Positions 18,083 through 25,973 of a DNA stretch of 64,000 nucleotides are shown in pieces; position 1 is the first letter of the stretch, and every line of letters starts with the position of its first letter. The notes under the pieces were generated by a model. It was not told the origin of the DNA. It did not search any database and saw only the letters and a program-made list of their open reading frames with translations. This DNA is from an uncultured Planctomycetia bacterium (lineage in GTDB: Bacteria > Omnitrophota > Gorgyraeia > CAYWPX01). The stretch lies in the NCBI GenBank assembly GCA_964460615.1, contig CAYWPX010000010.1, positions 1,252 through 65,251 on the forward strand. The letters are read 5' to 3'. The position numbers were made by a program, and so were the translations under genes.

Positions 18083-19349
18083 GCGTTTCTCCTTTCGCCT
18101 GAAGCCAATTTGCTTCTGCTACAAGAGCAGCTGCTTCGGCATTTACATAAGTAGTTTTGGACTGGACCAGATTATCTTCTATGATCGTCCAGTTATCAAA
18201 AGTAATAAATCCTATAGAGTACTGGGCATTTGCGATCCTGGAACGTTCTTCGTTGGCTTCGAGAAATTTCTTTTGTACTACCGCATTGTCCACTGCGTCC
18301 TCAAGGTCCCTCCAGGCGCGTTCTAATGTCAATATGACATTATCCCTGGTATTTCTTTCATTGGCCTCGGCTTCTTTTAACTGCGCCTTGGTCAAAGAGA
18401 CCTGTGCGATCCTCTGCCCTCCCTCAAAAATAGGAAAGGATAAGCTTAGCCCTATATTCCACTGGTTTGTCTGGGGAAGCCACCTGGAATCGGCTCTGCC
18501 GGCGCTTCCTAGAGCTGAAATAGTAGGGAAGAAATCTGCCTGGGCAGCCCTCAAATTATAATAAGCTGATTTTGTCTGGGCGGCAAATTGTTTAACCGAT
18601 GGGTTCTCTTTTGCTAAAGTAAAAAAATCGGGCCTCTCCTGCAGCTTCTCAACAACCGTAAAATCCCCCTTCACCTTTAAAGACATATCTTCGTATCTGC
18701 CCATCTCTTTAATAAGGTTCCGCCTTGCGACAGACAATTCTCTTTCGGCCTGCTTTACCTGATACACTGCCTGGGCCAAATTTGCCTCGGCAGTCATTAA
18801 GGCACCCTTATGCTCTATGCCCGAATCATACCTAAGTTTTATAAGATCCAGATTCTTTTTCCTTATTTTTTGTATATCGTTAGTTATAACTATAAGTTCC
18901 TGGGCTCTAAGCAAATTTATAAAAGCACTTCTCAGGCTGAACCTGACCGATGCTGATGTAAATTTATATGAAAACTGGGAAGCCTTTATGGTTTCTCTCG
19001 CAGCCATGGTATTATCCACGGTCTTGAACCCGTCGAATAATAACTGCGTTCCGGTAACATCGTATGAATTTGAAGTACTGGTCTTTGCGCCTTTTGAGGA
19101 TGGCGAATTGGATTGCGTGGTACTAAGGCCTGTCGTTATCTGGGGCATAAGGCCGGATGCCTGTATATCTTTATTGGCCTTGGACTGGTTTATTACTTCT
19201 CTGGAGGAAATAAGGACGGGATTAAGTTTTGCCGCCTCTTTAACACAGTCCAGCCAGCTCAAAACCTGTTCCTCGCCCGCCGATATATTTAAAAGGAAAG
19301 AGTTTGATAAAAATAAAATCGCAGCTACAATACAGCAAAATCTTCTCAT
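18066..19349 (-). CDS. TolC family outer-membrane efflux protein
   Basis: Signal peptide, two coiled-coil/beta-barrel repeats typical of outer-membrane factor proteins. First gene of the tolC-macA-macB operon. Confidence 0.8.
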   Translation of the reverse strand: MRRFCCIVAAILFLSNSFLLNISAGEEQVLSWLDCVKEAAKLNPVLISSREVINQSKANKDIQASGLMPQITTGLSTTQSNSPSSKGAKTSTSNSYDVTGTQLLFDGFKTVDNTMAARETIKASQFSYKFTSASVRFSLRSAFINLLRAQELIVITNDIQKIRKKNLDLIKLRYDSGIEHKGALMTAEANLAQAVYQVKQAERELSVARRNLIKEMGRYEDMSLKVKGDFTVVEKLQERPDFFTLAKENPSVKQFAAQTKSAYYNLRAAQADFFPTISALGSAGRADSRWLPQTNQWNIGLSLSFPIFEGGQRIAQVSLTKAQLKEAEANERNTRDNVILTLERAWRDLEDAVDNAVVQKKFLEANEERSRIANAQYSIGFITFDNWTIIEDNLVQSKTTYVNAEAAALVAEANWLQAKGETLEYEK

Positions 19350-19391
19350 TGATTTAGAAAACCTTTTTTTCTTTTTTAGATATTATACCAC

Positions 19392-19425
19392 AAAAAAAAT
19401 AGACAGTAATTTTTATTTACTGTCT
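19392..19425 (-). terminator. Hairpin AGACAGTAA…TTACTGTCT with flanking T-run (minus strand), downstream of csp gene 19664..19873
   Basis: Read directly; symmetric A/T runs make it potentially bidirectional. Confidence 0.4.
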
Positions 19426-19663
19426 TTTGGAAGATCCAAAATTTGAACTCAGAATTCTTCACTTCTTAATCTAAAAATTATGACACTTAAAATCCGGATT
19501 TTATCCTTGTCTGGAACATCAGCTTATCCTGATGAAGATAACAGAATTTCTCATGATTATACATGCTTAGGACATTTTTGCATGAAGGGTACTTGCATAT
19601 CCTTTTTCGTCCGGTTACCTTGAGCTTTTTCATATTTGGCCCTTTATTTAAAATGAGGTCCGA

Positions 19664-19873
19664 TCAAACGGTTTTCGGCAAACGGATATTTGTAGCAAGA
19701 GGCCCCTTATCGGTCTTCTCCACTTCAAATTCAACCTTCTGGTCTTTTTTCAGGTCAGTCATCCTGACATCAATAAGGCTACTTTGGTGGAAAAATATTT
19801 CTCTGCCGTCTGTAGCACTGATAAACCCGAATCCTCTGTCGCTGACAAGTTTCTTTATGGTTCCAGTATGCAT
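19664..19873 (-). CDS. Cold-shock protein (CspA family)
   Basis: RNP1/RNP2 motifs KGFGFI, IFFH. Confidence 0.9.
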   Translation of the reverse strand: MHTGTIKKLVSDRGFGFISATDGREIFFHQSSLIDVRMTDLKKDQKVEFEVEKTDKGPLATNIRLPKTV

Positions 19874-19928
19874 GGCGCTCCTTAAGTTATATATCTTGGT
19901 TAAATCGCTGGTTTCTTTAGCTACGTTA

Positions 19929-20084
19929 CCCTACTTCGTAACATATCGTAAAAATTTCTACCTCGAGAAATCATAAAATGATTTCCGAGACTAAGTCCTT
20001 GGAATTTTATTATTTAAAATTCCGAAGGGCCCCGGAAATCTAAAAGATTTCCAGGTGGCGATATTTTTACGATACTCAGTAGGG
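19929..20084. mobile_element. MITE-like element, copy A (~156 bp). TIRs CCTACTTCGTAACATATCGTAAAAAT … ATTTTTACGATACTCAGTAGGG; internal hairpin GGAATTTTATTATTTAAAATTCC.
   Basis: Read directly; lies in the promoter/5' region of csp gene 19664..19873. Confidence 0.6.
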
Positions 20085-20132
20085 TTGATTAACTCGCAAA
20101 TTATAATTTTATTTATAAAAAAGCGAGTTAAT

Positions 20133-20173
20133 CAAAAAAAATAGGGCCTAGCGTTTTGGTAAGCGCTAGACCC
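20133..20173 (-). terminator. Rho-independent terminator of csp gene 20190..20390
   Basis: Hairpin CTAGCGC/GCGCTAG followed by TTTTTTTT on the minus strand. Confidence 0.5.
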
Positions 20174-20189
20174 TATCTTAATAACTAGA

Positions 20190-20390
20190 TTATAGTTTTA
20201 CTACATTAGTTGCCTGTTCACCCTTTGGGCCTTTTTCAATGTTGAACTCAACTGACTGACCTTCTTCTAATGATTTAAAACCTTCACCCTTAATAGCTGT
20301 ATGATGTACAAATACATCCTTTCCATTTTCTGGAGTGATGAATCCATAACCTTTGCTATTATCGAACCACTTTACTGTTCCTTTTGTCAT
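20190..20390 (-). CDS. Cold-shock protein (CspA family)
   Basis: KGYGFI, VFVHH motifs; strong SD AAGGAGG upstream. Confidence 0.9.
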   Translation of the reverse strand: MTKGTVKWFDNSKGYGFITPENGKDVFVHHTAIKGEGFKSLEEGQSVEFNIEKGPKGEQATNVVKL

Positions 20391-20494
20391 TATTTGTTAC
20401 CTCCTTTTCCTACAAATTTAGCAAATTGTTTAGAAATCGCGATTAGCTTTACCTATTAGACTCTTTGTTCCTAAGGGGTAACCAATAATGCAAC

Positions 20495-20537
20495 AAAAAA
20501 AACCGCAAGGTTAGTTATCTTACTTGAACCTTTGCGG
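20495..20537 (-). promoter_or_regulatory. Terminator-like hairpin (CCGCAAGGTT…AACCTTGCGG + T9) located inside the ~175-nt 5' UTR of the csp gene. Candidate attenuator/thermosensor; alternatively the Ehr operon terminator.
   Basis: Lies between the consensus promoter at 20573-20600 and the csp start codon at 20390. Confidence 0.45.
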
Positions 20538-20572
20538 CCTTAGACTTCTAAACTCACATTTACTATGGGTTC

Positions 20573-20600
20573 ATTATAGCATATTCAGGGTTTATGTCAA
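20573..20600 (-). promoter_or_regulatory. Consensus sigma70 promoter TTGACA-16nt-TATAAT reading toward the csp gene
   Basis: Minus strand: TTGACAtaaaccctgaatatgcTATAAT. A perfect hexamer pair is unlikely by chance in 64 kb. Confidence 0.6.
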
Positions 20601-20660
20601 CAAAAATAATAAAATAAACCGTTTAAGCGATTTTGGCCTGATTTTGAATCTTTTCTTGCC

Positions 20661-21170
20661 TTAACCTTTCAAAAACGCTAATAACGACTTAATGATTACG
20701 ATAGGTTCCGGAGGACAGCCCGGGATATGTAGGGCTACAGGAAGGATATCTTTTACGGCTCCTTCGACATAATAAGAATCCTTAAAAAAACTTTCATTTA
20801 AAGCACAATCACCTACTGTAATGATAAATTTCGGCTCAGGCATAGCTTCGTAGGTGCTCTTTAAAGCAAGTAGCATATTCTTGGAGACTGCTCCTGTCAC
20901 CATAATGGCATCGGCATGCCTAGGGGAAGCCACAAAACTGACCCCGAACCTCTGTAAGTCGTATATGGCATTATTTGTAGCTATTATTTCAGCATCGCAC
21001 GCTCCGCACGATCCGACATTCACCTGCCTAATATGTAGCGAACTGCCGAATCTTTTTTTGATGAGGCACATTAGCTCATTACCGCTACACTCCAGCTCAT
21101 GCGACAACTTTTTATCGATGGATCTGGTGACAACGCCTTTAAGAATTCTATTTTTCAGTATACTAAGCAT
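20661..21170 (-). CDS. NuoB-like [4Fe-4S] small subunit of a group-4-hydrogenase-like / complex-I-like module
   Basis: Cys ligand set GSCGACD…GDCA…PGCPP; NuoB/HycG family size. Confidence 0.85.
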   Translation of the reverse strand: MLSILKNRILKGVVTRSIDKKLSHELECSGNELMCLIKKRFGSSLHIRQVNVGSCGACDAEIIATNNAIYDLQRFGVSFVASPRHADAIMVTGAVSKNMLLALKSTYEAMPEPKFIITVGDCALNESFFKDSYYVEGAVKDILPVALHIPGCPPEPIVIIKSLLAFLKG

Positions 21171-21172
21171 AA

Positions 21173-22750
21173 TTATAAGTCATTCCCCGGATATGATAGG
21201 TCGAAACTTTTATTACACAACGGAAAATCAGGGATAATATTCCCTAAAACCGCATACGTCAGAGCCTGCCAGCTCGAAAATGACGGATCTACGATTTTGC
21301 ATCGCTCAATAAGCCCTTTGGAATCTATCTTTAACCAAAATAATACAGGGCCTCGCCAGCCTTCCGCATAACCAAGGGCACAACCTTCTTTTATCTGGAA
21401 ATCTGTTTTTGCTTTCTTATCATGCGAAATTTTTTTTGCAAACTCCTCTATCAATCTCCCGGACTCTTCAAATTCCAAACATCTTACCCTCAGCCTTGCC
21501 AAAACATCTCCTGAGCCATAAGTTGAGATTTTAAATTTTGCTTCCTTATATATAGGAGAGAATTGCTTTCTTAGATCGATAGAAATACCCGATGCCCTGC
21601 CGGCTAAACCGACTACACCCAGGTCTTCGGCAGTTTTTTTTCTTAAAATTCCCGTCGTATCGACTCTGTCCATAAAAGAAACACTTGAATCCAGGACCTT
21701 TACCAATTCCCAGAAATCATGTTTTATTGATTCTAGCGACCTTAGAAGTAATTTTATTTTGGCACTGTCAAAATTTGTATTGATCCCGCCTATGGTATTG
21801 GAGTTTTTCAGGAATCTGCTGTTTGTAAGTGCTTTGTTCAATTGCAGGATGTTCTCTTTTATTATTGCGGCATATTCGGACGGGAAACTAAATCCTACAT
21901 CCAGCGCAATCCCGCCAATATCGGTAATATGATTATACATTCTTTCGAGTTCAAGATATATCCCGCGGGCATATACTGCTTCCTGAGGTACGGAAACCCC
22001 GAATATCTTTTCCGCTGCCATGCTGAATGCTAAGCTATAAGAAATTGCCGAATCGCCTGCAATGCTTTCAGATAGTTTTATGCCATCTGAAACCGATTTG
22101 TTTTCAAAAAGTTTTTCGACTCCTCTATGCGTGAATCCAAGCCTTGTCTCCAGGCTTATTATCGGCTCCCCCGCAACGCTAAACCTGAAATGCCCCGGGC
22201 CGATGATACCGGCATGGACCGGGCCTACAGGAATTTCAAATATCCCCTCTCCGTCGACCCTATTAAATTTATAATCTGTTAGATCGGACTTCTTTGGTTC
22301 TTTAAAATCCTTTCTGAGAGGGTAATTGCCCTCGGGCCATACCTCATCATGCAGTTTTAACCGCCTCAGGTCAGGGTTACCTTCGGGCTTAACTCCGAAC
22401 ATCTCATAAATTTCTCTTTCAAAAAGGCTCGCTGAATGGATATCTTTTGACAAAGAATTAAAATGAGGATTATCCTTATCAACATCAATAGTAACAGTCA
22501 CCCATTGACCCTGCTTAAGATTGACGAACACCGCGTTTATCACAAATTTTCCGGTATTCTTCCTTTCGTCAAGCGCAAAAAGCGCCATCACCGGCGATAA
22601 AAGGATCTTATGCAAAGCCAGGCACACGCCAAAAAAAGTTTCAGGCTTTACCTTGATAGTGATCTCATCCTGATAGCTTTCTAATACCTCTAAGGGAGCA
22701 AGATCAGGAAATCTCTTTTTTATATCTTGAATAATCTCTGGGTCACCCAT
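21173..22750 (-). CDS. Fused NuoC/NuoD-like large subunit lacking the NiFe-binding cysteines (Ehr-type, hydrogenase-related)
   Basis: NuoC-like N-terminus (LKLHDEVWPEGNYPLRKDF). NuoD/large-subunit core GPVHAGIIGPGHFRF…RLGFTHRGVEKL has no CxxC. The C-terminal motif reads DPSFSSW instead of DPCxSCxxH. Confidence 0.8.
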   Translation of the reverse strand: MGDPEIIQDIKKRFPDLAPLEVLESYQDEITIKVKPETFFGVCLALHKILLSPVMALFALDERKNTGKFVINAVFVNLKQGQWVTVTIDVDKDNPHFNSLSKDIHSASLFEREIYEMFGVKPEGNPDLRRLKLHDEVWPEGNYPLRKDFKEPKKSDLTDYKFNRVDGEGIFEIPVGPVHAGIIGPGHFRFSVAGEPIISLETRLGFTHRGVEKLFENKSVSDGIKLSESIAGDSAISYSLAFSMAAEKIFGVSVPQEAVYARGIYLELERMYNHITDIGGIALDVGFSFPSEYAAIIKENILQLNKALTNSRFLKNSNTIGGINTNFDSAKIKLLLRSLESIKHDFWELVKVLDSSVSFMDRVDTTGILRKKTAEDLGVVGLAGRASGISIDLRKQFSPIYKEAKFKISTYGSGDVLARLRVRCLEFEESGRLIEEFAKKISHDKKAKTDFQIKEGCALGYAEGWRGPVLFWLKIDSKGLIERCKIVDPSFSSWQALTYAVLGNIIPDFPLCNKSFDLSYPGNDL

Positions 22751-24177
22751 ATCACATCCTTGTTAAAGAAAATAAATAAAACCCCAACAGCGCATAATTG
22801 TATAAAAAGAAATAAAAATGCTAATTTATGACTTATTGGTTCTCTTTGGCTTGTCATTCCTTTGGGAAGATTGCCAAAAAGTATTTTAGCAAAGTGATAG
22901 ATAAACGCTCCGAAAACTATCGATAGAAATATCAGTATAAATGCTGCCAGTACATACGATCCTTTCGTAAAGGCGGCTATTATTATAAGTATCTCGCTTA
23001 TAAATAGAGAAAACGGCGGAAAACCGGTAAGCGCAAATACCCCCAATAGGACCATTATGCCTGTGAATGGAAGCACCTTCATCACCCCGCGGATAGCATT
23101 CATATTATGTTTTTTGTAATAGCCTACGATATTACCTGCCCCGAAAAACATTAGTGATTTAGCCACGGCATGGTTATATATATGAAAAATCGCCCCGGCC
23201 AGAGCTAAAGGCGAACCTAATCCAAAGCCGATTGAAATCATCCCAACATGCTCAATACTGCTATATGCGAGCAGCCTCTTAAGGTCCTTCTGCACTAAGA
23301 TAAATACGCATGGTATCGCCATTGAGATTATCCCGAAAAGAATCAGTAAATTCCCAAAAAATGGAAAACCAACGTTTTCAATAACTATGATCCCGAACCT
23401 TAAAATCGCATATATCGCTATTTTTAACAATACTCCTGACAAAAGAGCGCTTATAGGAGCGACTGCCTGGCTATGCGCATCGGGCAGCCACGTATGCATG
23501 GGCGCAAGGCCTGCTTTGGTGCCATACCCGACGAGAATAAATATGAAGGCGATCTTGATCATATTCTTATTCATATTGGACGAAACTAAAACCATGTCGG
23601 ACCAATTGAGGCTTTTAACATTACCTATAAGAGAAAAAGCATAGGAAAAAAGGATCGTACCCAGAAGCGCAAATATGATCCCCACAGAACAGATGATAAT
23701 ATATTTCCAAGCGGCCTCTACGGACTCTTTGGAGTTATAAAAACCCACCAAAAACGCCGAGACAAGCGTAGTCATTTCTATGGTCACCCATAACATCCCT
23801 AAGTTATTGGCTGCCGGCGCAAATAACATAGCAAGGCACAATAGATTGAAAAGAACATAATATATCTTTACTTTCTTAGTACTTAATTTCCCCTCTTTCA
23901 GGTCTTTTTCAATGTACCCGATGGAGTAAAGTGCTGTAGCAAAAGCCACTATGGATATAACGAATATAAAGAATGCGGATAATGTGTCTATATATAAAAG
24001 ATCATTATGCACTAAAATATTTCCTGAAATTATGGAATCTTTTAATAATATAAAGCTCGCTACAAGCACCACCAGATACCCCAGGCTATTTATTACCCCA
24101 AAGATTCTATCTTTTTTGATAATTAAGGATAGGCCCGCAAGTATTAGCGGTATAGCTAAGACCAAAAATATTCCCAT
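22720..24177 (-). CDS. NuoM/NuoN / HyfF-like proton-pumping antiporter subunit
   Basis: ~14 TM helices with the conserved WLPDAHSQAVAPISALL…LLAYSSIEHVG motifs of complex I antiporter-like subunits. Confidence 0.75.
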   Translation of the reverse strand: MGIFLVLAIPLILAGLSLIIKKDRIFGVINSLGYLVVLVASFILLKDSIISGNILVHNDLLYIDTLSAFFIFVISIVAFATALYSIGYIEKDLKEGKLSTKKVKIYYVLFNLLCLAMLFAPAANNLGMLWVTIEMTTLVSAFLVGFYNSKESVEAAWKYIIICSVGIIFALLGTILFSYAFSLIGNVKSLNWSDMVLVSSNMNKNMIKIAFIFILVGYGTKAGLAPMHTWLPDAHSQAVAPISALLSGVLLKIAIYAILRFGIIVIENVGFPFFGNLLILFGIISMAIPCVFILVQKDLKRLLAYSSIEHVGMISIGFGLGSPLALAGAIFHIYNHAVAKSLMFFGAGNIVGYYKKHNMNAIRGVMKVLPFTGIMVLLGVFALTGFPPFSLFISEILIIIAAFTKGSYVLAAFILIFLSIVFGAFIYHFAKILFGNLPKGMTSQREPISHKLAFLFLFIQLCAVGVLFIFFNKDVIWVTQRLFKI

Positions 24178-24185
24178 AAACTTTT

Positions 24186-24821
24186 TTATCCTTTTAAACG
24201 CGAAAGTTTATTTACGTCAATATGCGTAAATAGCTTATTTATCCGGTAAACAAAAAATCCCATTATCATGACACTTAAAAATACGTCAAAAAATATCGCT
24301 ATCTCGATAAAAAACGGCATTCCTCCCGATATCGTCAAGGCCAATAAGAATAGCCCGTTCTCCATAACCAGTAACCCTATTATCTGAGAAAGGGCCGTCA
24401 TCCTCGAGACCATCAGGAATATGCCCGATAAGAGCACAAAAAAGGCTACCGCAAACATCCCGGTGATAGACTGATTTGCCGTTACTATCACTTGCGTTGT
24501 AAAAAACCATGATAAATATGTGAAACCCAGCGCCCATATTAAGGATAACTGCGGGTTGATAAATAATCCCAGGTCTTCGTTAACTTTTATCTTCCTGATT
24601 ATTCTGTATAATAAAAATGGAACTAAAATGACCTTTATGATAAATACTAAAGCAGCAATTATAAAAAGATCCCCTTCTCTCTCCTTTAAAGCGACAATAA
24701 ACGCCGCCAAAAATAGGCAAAATGACTGGCATCGAAAACCCCTTATCAGGGCCCCCATCCTTTTAGCGATAACCATCAGGTAAGTGGACATTAAAAGTAA
24801 AAATAATATAATTTCCTGCAT
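24186..24821 (-). CDS. HyfE/NuoK-like small membrane subunit
   Basis: 211-aa polytopic membrane protein at the HyfE position of hyf/ehr operons; assignment by context and size. Confidence 0.5.
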   Translation of the reverse strand: MQEIILFLLLMSTYLMVIAKRMGALIRGFRCQSFCLFLAAFIVALKEREGDLFIIAALVFIIKVILVPFLLYRIIRKIKVNEDLGLFINPQLSLIWALGFTYLSWFFTTQVIVTANQSITGMFAVAFFVLLSGIFLMVSRMTALSQIIGLLVMENGLFLLALTISGGMPFFIEIAIFFDVFLSVMIMGFFVYRINKLFTHIDVNKLSRLKG

Positions 24822-24822
24822 G

Positions 24823-25746
24823 TTAGGCTCCTAAAATGGCAAATATTACTGCAACAATCCCCAAAACAAAGGCAAACCCGAGAAAATCCGCTACTCTAAA
24901 TAATCTCATCTTCGCTAACGACACCTCAACCAATGCCACTATGATAGCGATAATGGCAAATCTGGCTACATACCATAAAATCCAGTATATAAAATCGGCG
25001 GAATTTAAAATTTCAGGGACGTTGATAGGAAAAATTATCTGGGCTATGATAAAGAATAGGATCAGCTGCTTTATGTATGAAGATATTTCCAGTAAAGCTA
25101 AACTCCTGCCGGAATATTCCAGGACCATCGCCTCGTGTACCATAGTAAGCTCCAGATGCGTCTCCTGATTGTCTACAGGAACTCTAGAAGTCTCAGCTAT
25201 AGTTATAAGAAATAAGGCGATTGCGCCGACTATGGATGCTACTGATATCCCGTGCATACCGCTAAAGGCAGCTAAATTCGTCGAACCAAACTGCAATGCC
25301 ACAGAAAATACCACTAAACACATCACCGGCTCAGCTAAGCTTGATATGAACATCTCCCTTGATGAGCCCATTCCCCCGAAAGAACTTCCCGTATCGAGGG
25401 CCGCAAGGCATAAGAAAAATCTTCCAAGAGAAAAAATAAATATAAGCGCAATAAAATCCCCCATATGGTTCAAGGGGTTGGTAAAAATAAAAATCGGGAT
25501 AAGAACTGCCGCAGTTAAAACGGAGGAAAAAACCATATAAGGCGCGATTCTAAACACCCAGGAAGCGTCTTTAGAAATAACCTCATCTTTAGAAAATAAT
25601 TTGACGAGGTTAAAATACGGCTGCAAAACACCCTGGCCTATGCGCATTCTGAGGGTATTTTTGACCTTTGTTATAAATCCGCTTAGTATAGGTGCTGCCA
25701 GAATAAAAAAAGCTATCTCGATTAAAACTAAAAATATATTTTTCAT
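24823..25746 (-). CDS. NuoH / HycD-like membrane subunit
   Basis: N-terminus …APILSGFITKVKNTLRMRIGQGVLQPYFNLVKLFSKDE… matches the NuoH/HycD signature. Confidence 0.8.
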   Translation of the reverse strand: MKNIFLVLIEIAFFILAAPILSGFITKVKNTLRMRIGQGVLQPYFNLVKLFSKDEVISKDASWVFRIAPYMVFSSVLTAAVLIPIFIFTNPLNHMGDFIALIFIFSLGRFFLCLAALDTGSSFGGMGSSREMFISSLAEPVMCLVVFSVALQFGSTNLAAFSGMHGISVASIVGAIALFLITIAETSRVPVDNQETHLELTMVHEAMVLEYSGRSLALLEISSYIKQLILFFIIAQIIFPINVPEILNSADFIYWILWYVARFAIIAIIVALVEVSLAKMRLFRVADFLGFAFVLGIVAVIFAILGA

Positions 25747-25794
25747 ATTGAATCTCTTTTTGGGTTTTAACCCGGAGCTTCTTTCATGTATGAT

Positions 25795-25917
25795 CCCGCA
25801 TCGTAAGATATCGCAAAAATTTCTTCCCCGATAATTCCGAAGAATTTTCGGGACTAAATCTTTGGAATTTTAGGATTTAAAATTCCTAGGGGCGATATTT
25901 TTGCGATACTCTGCGGG
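25795..25917. mobile_element. MITE-like element, copy B. TIRs CCCGCATCGTAAGATATCGCAAAAAT … ATTTTTGCGATACTCTGCGGG. Inserted in the intergenic gap inside the Ehr operon.
   Basis: Read directly; same family as 19929-20084. Confidence 0.6.
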
Positions 25918-25973
25918 ATAATCTATCTTGCATTAATTCCGGGCTTAAAAGCCAGGAATTAATGCAATATAGA

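Noticed and set aside
15176-18561. + strand ORFs antisense to macB, macA and the tolC-like gene (15176..15469, 16430..16969, 17031..17339, 17673..18326, 18157..18561)
   Set aside because: Fully embedded in strongly supported minus-strand transporter genes, with no independent motifs.
21173-22750. Calling the module a true [NiFe] hydrogenase (Hyf/Ech/Mbh)
   Set aside because: The large subunit lacks both Cys pairs (DPSFSS at the C-terminus, no CxxC near GPVHAGIIGPGH). It is therefore classed as hydrogenase-related (Ehr-type), pending alignment.
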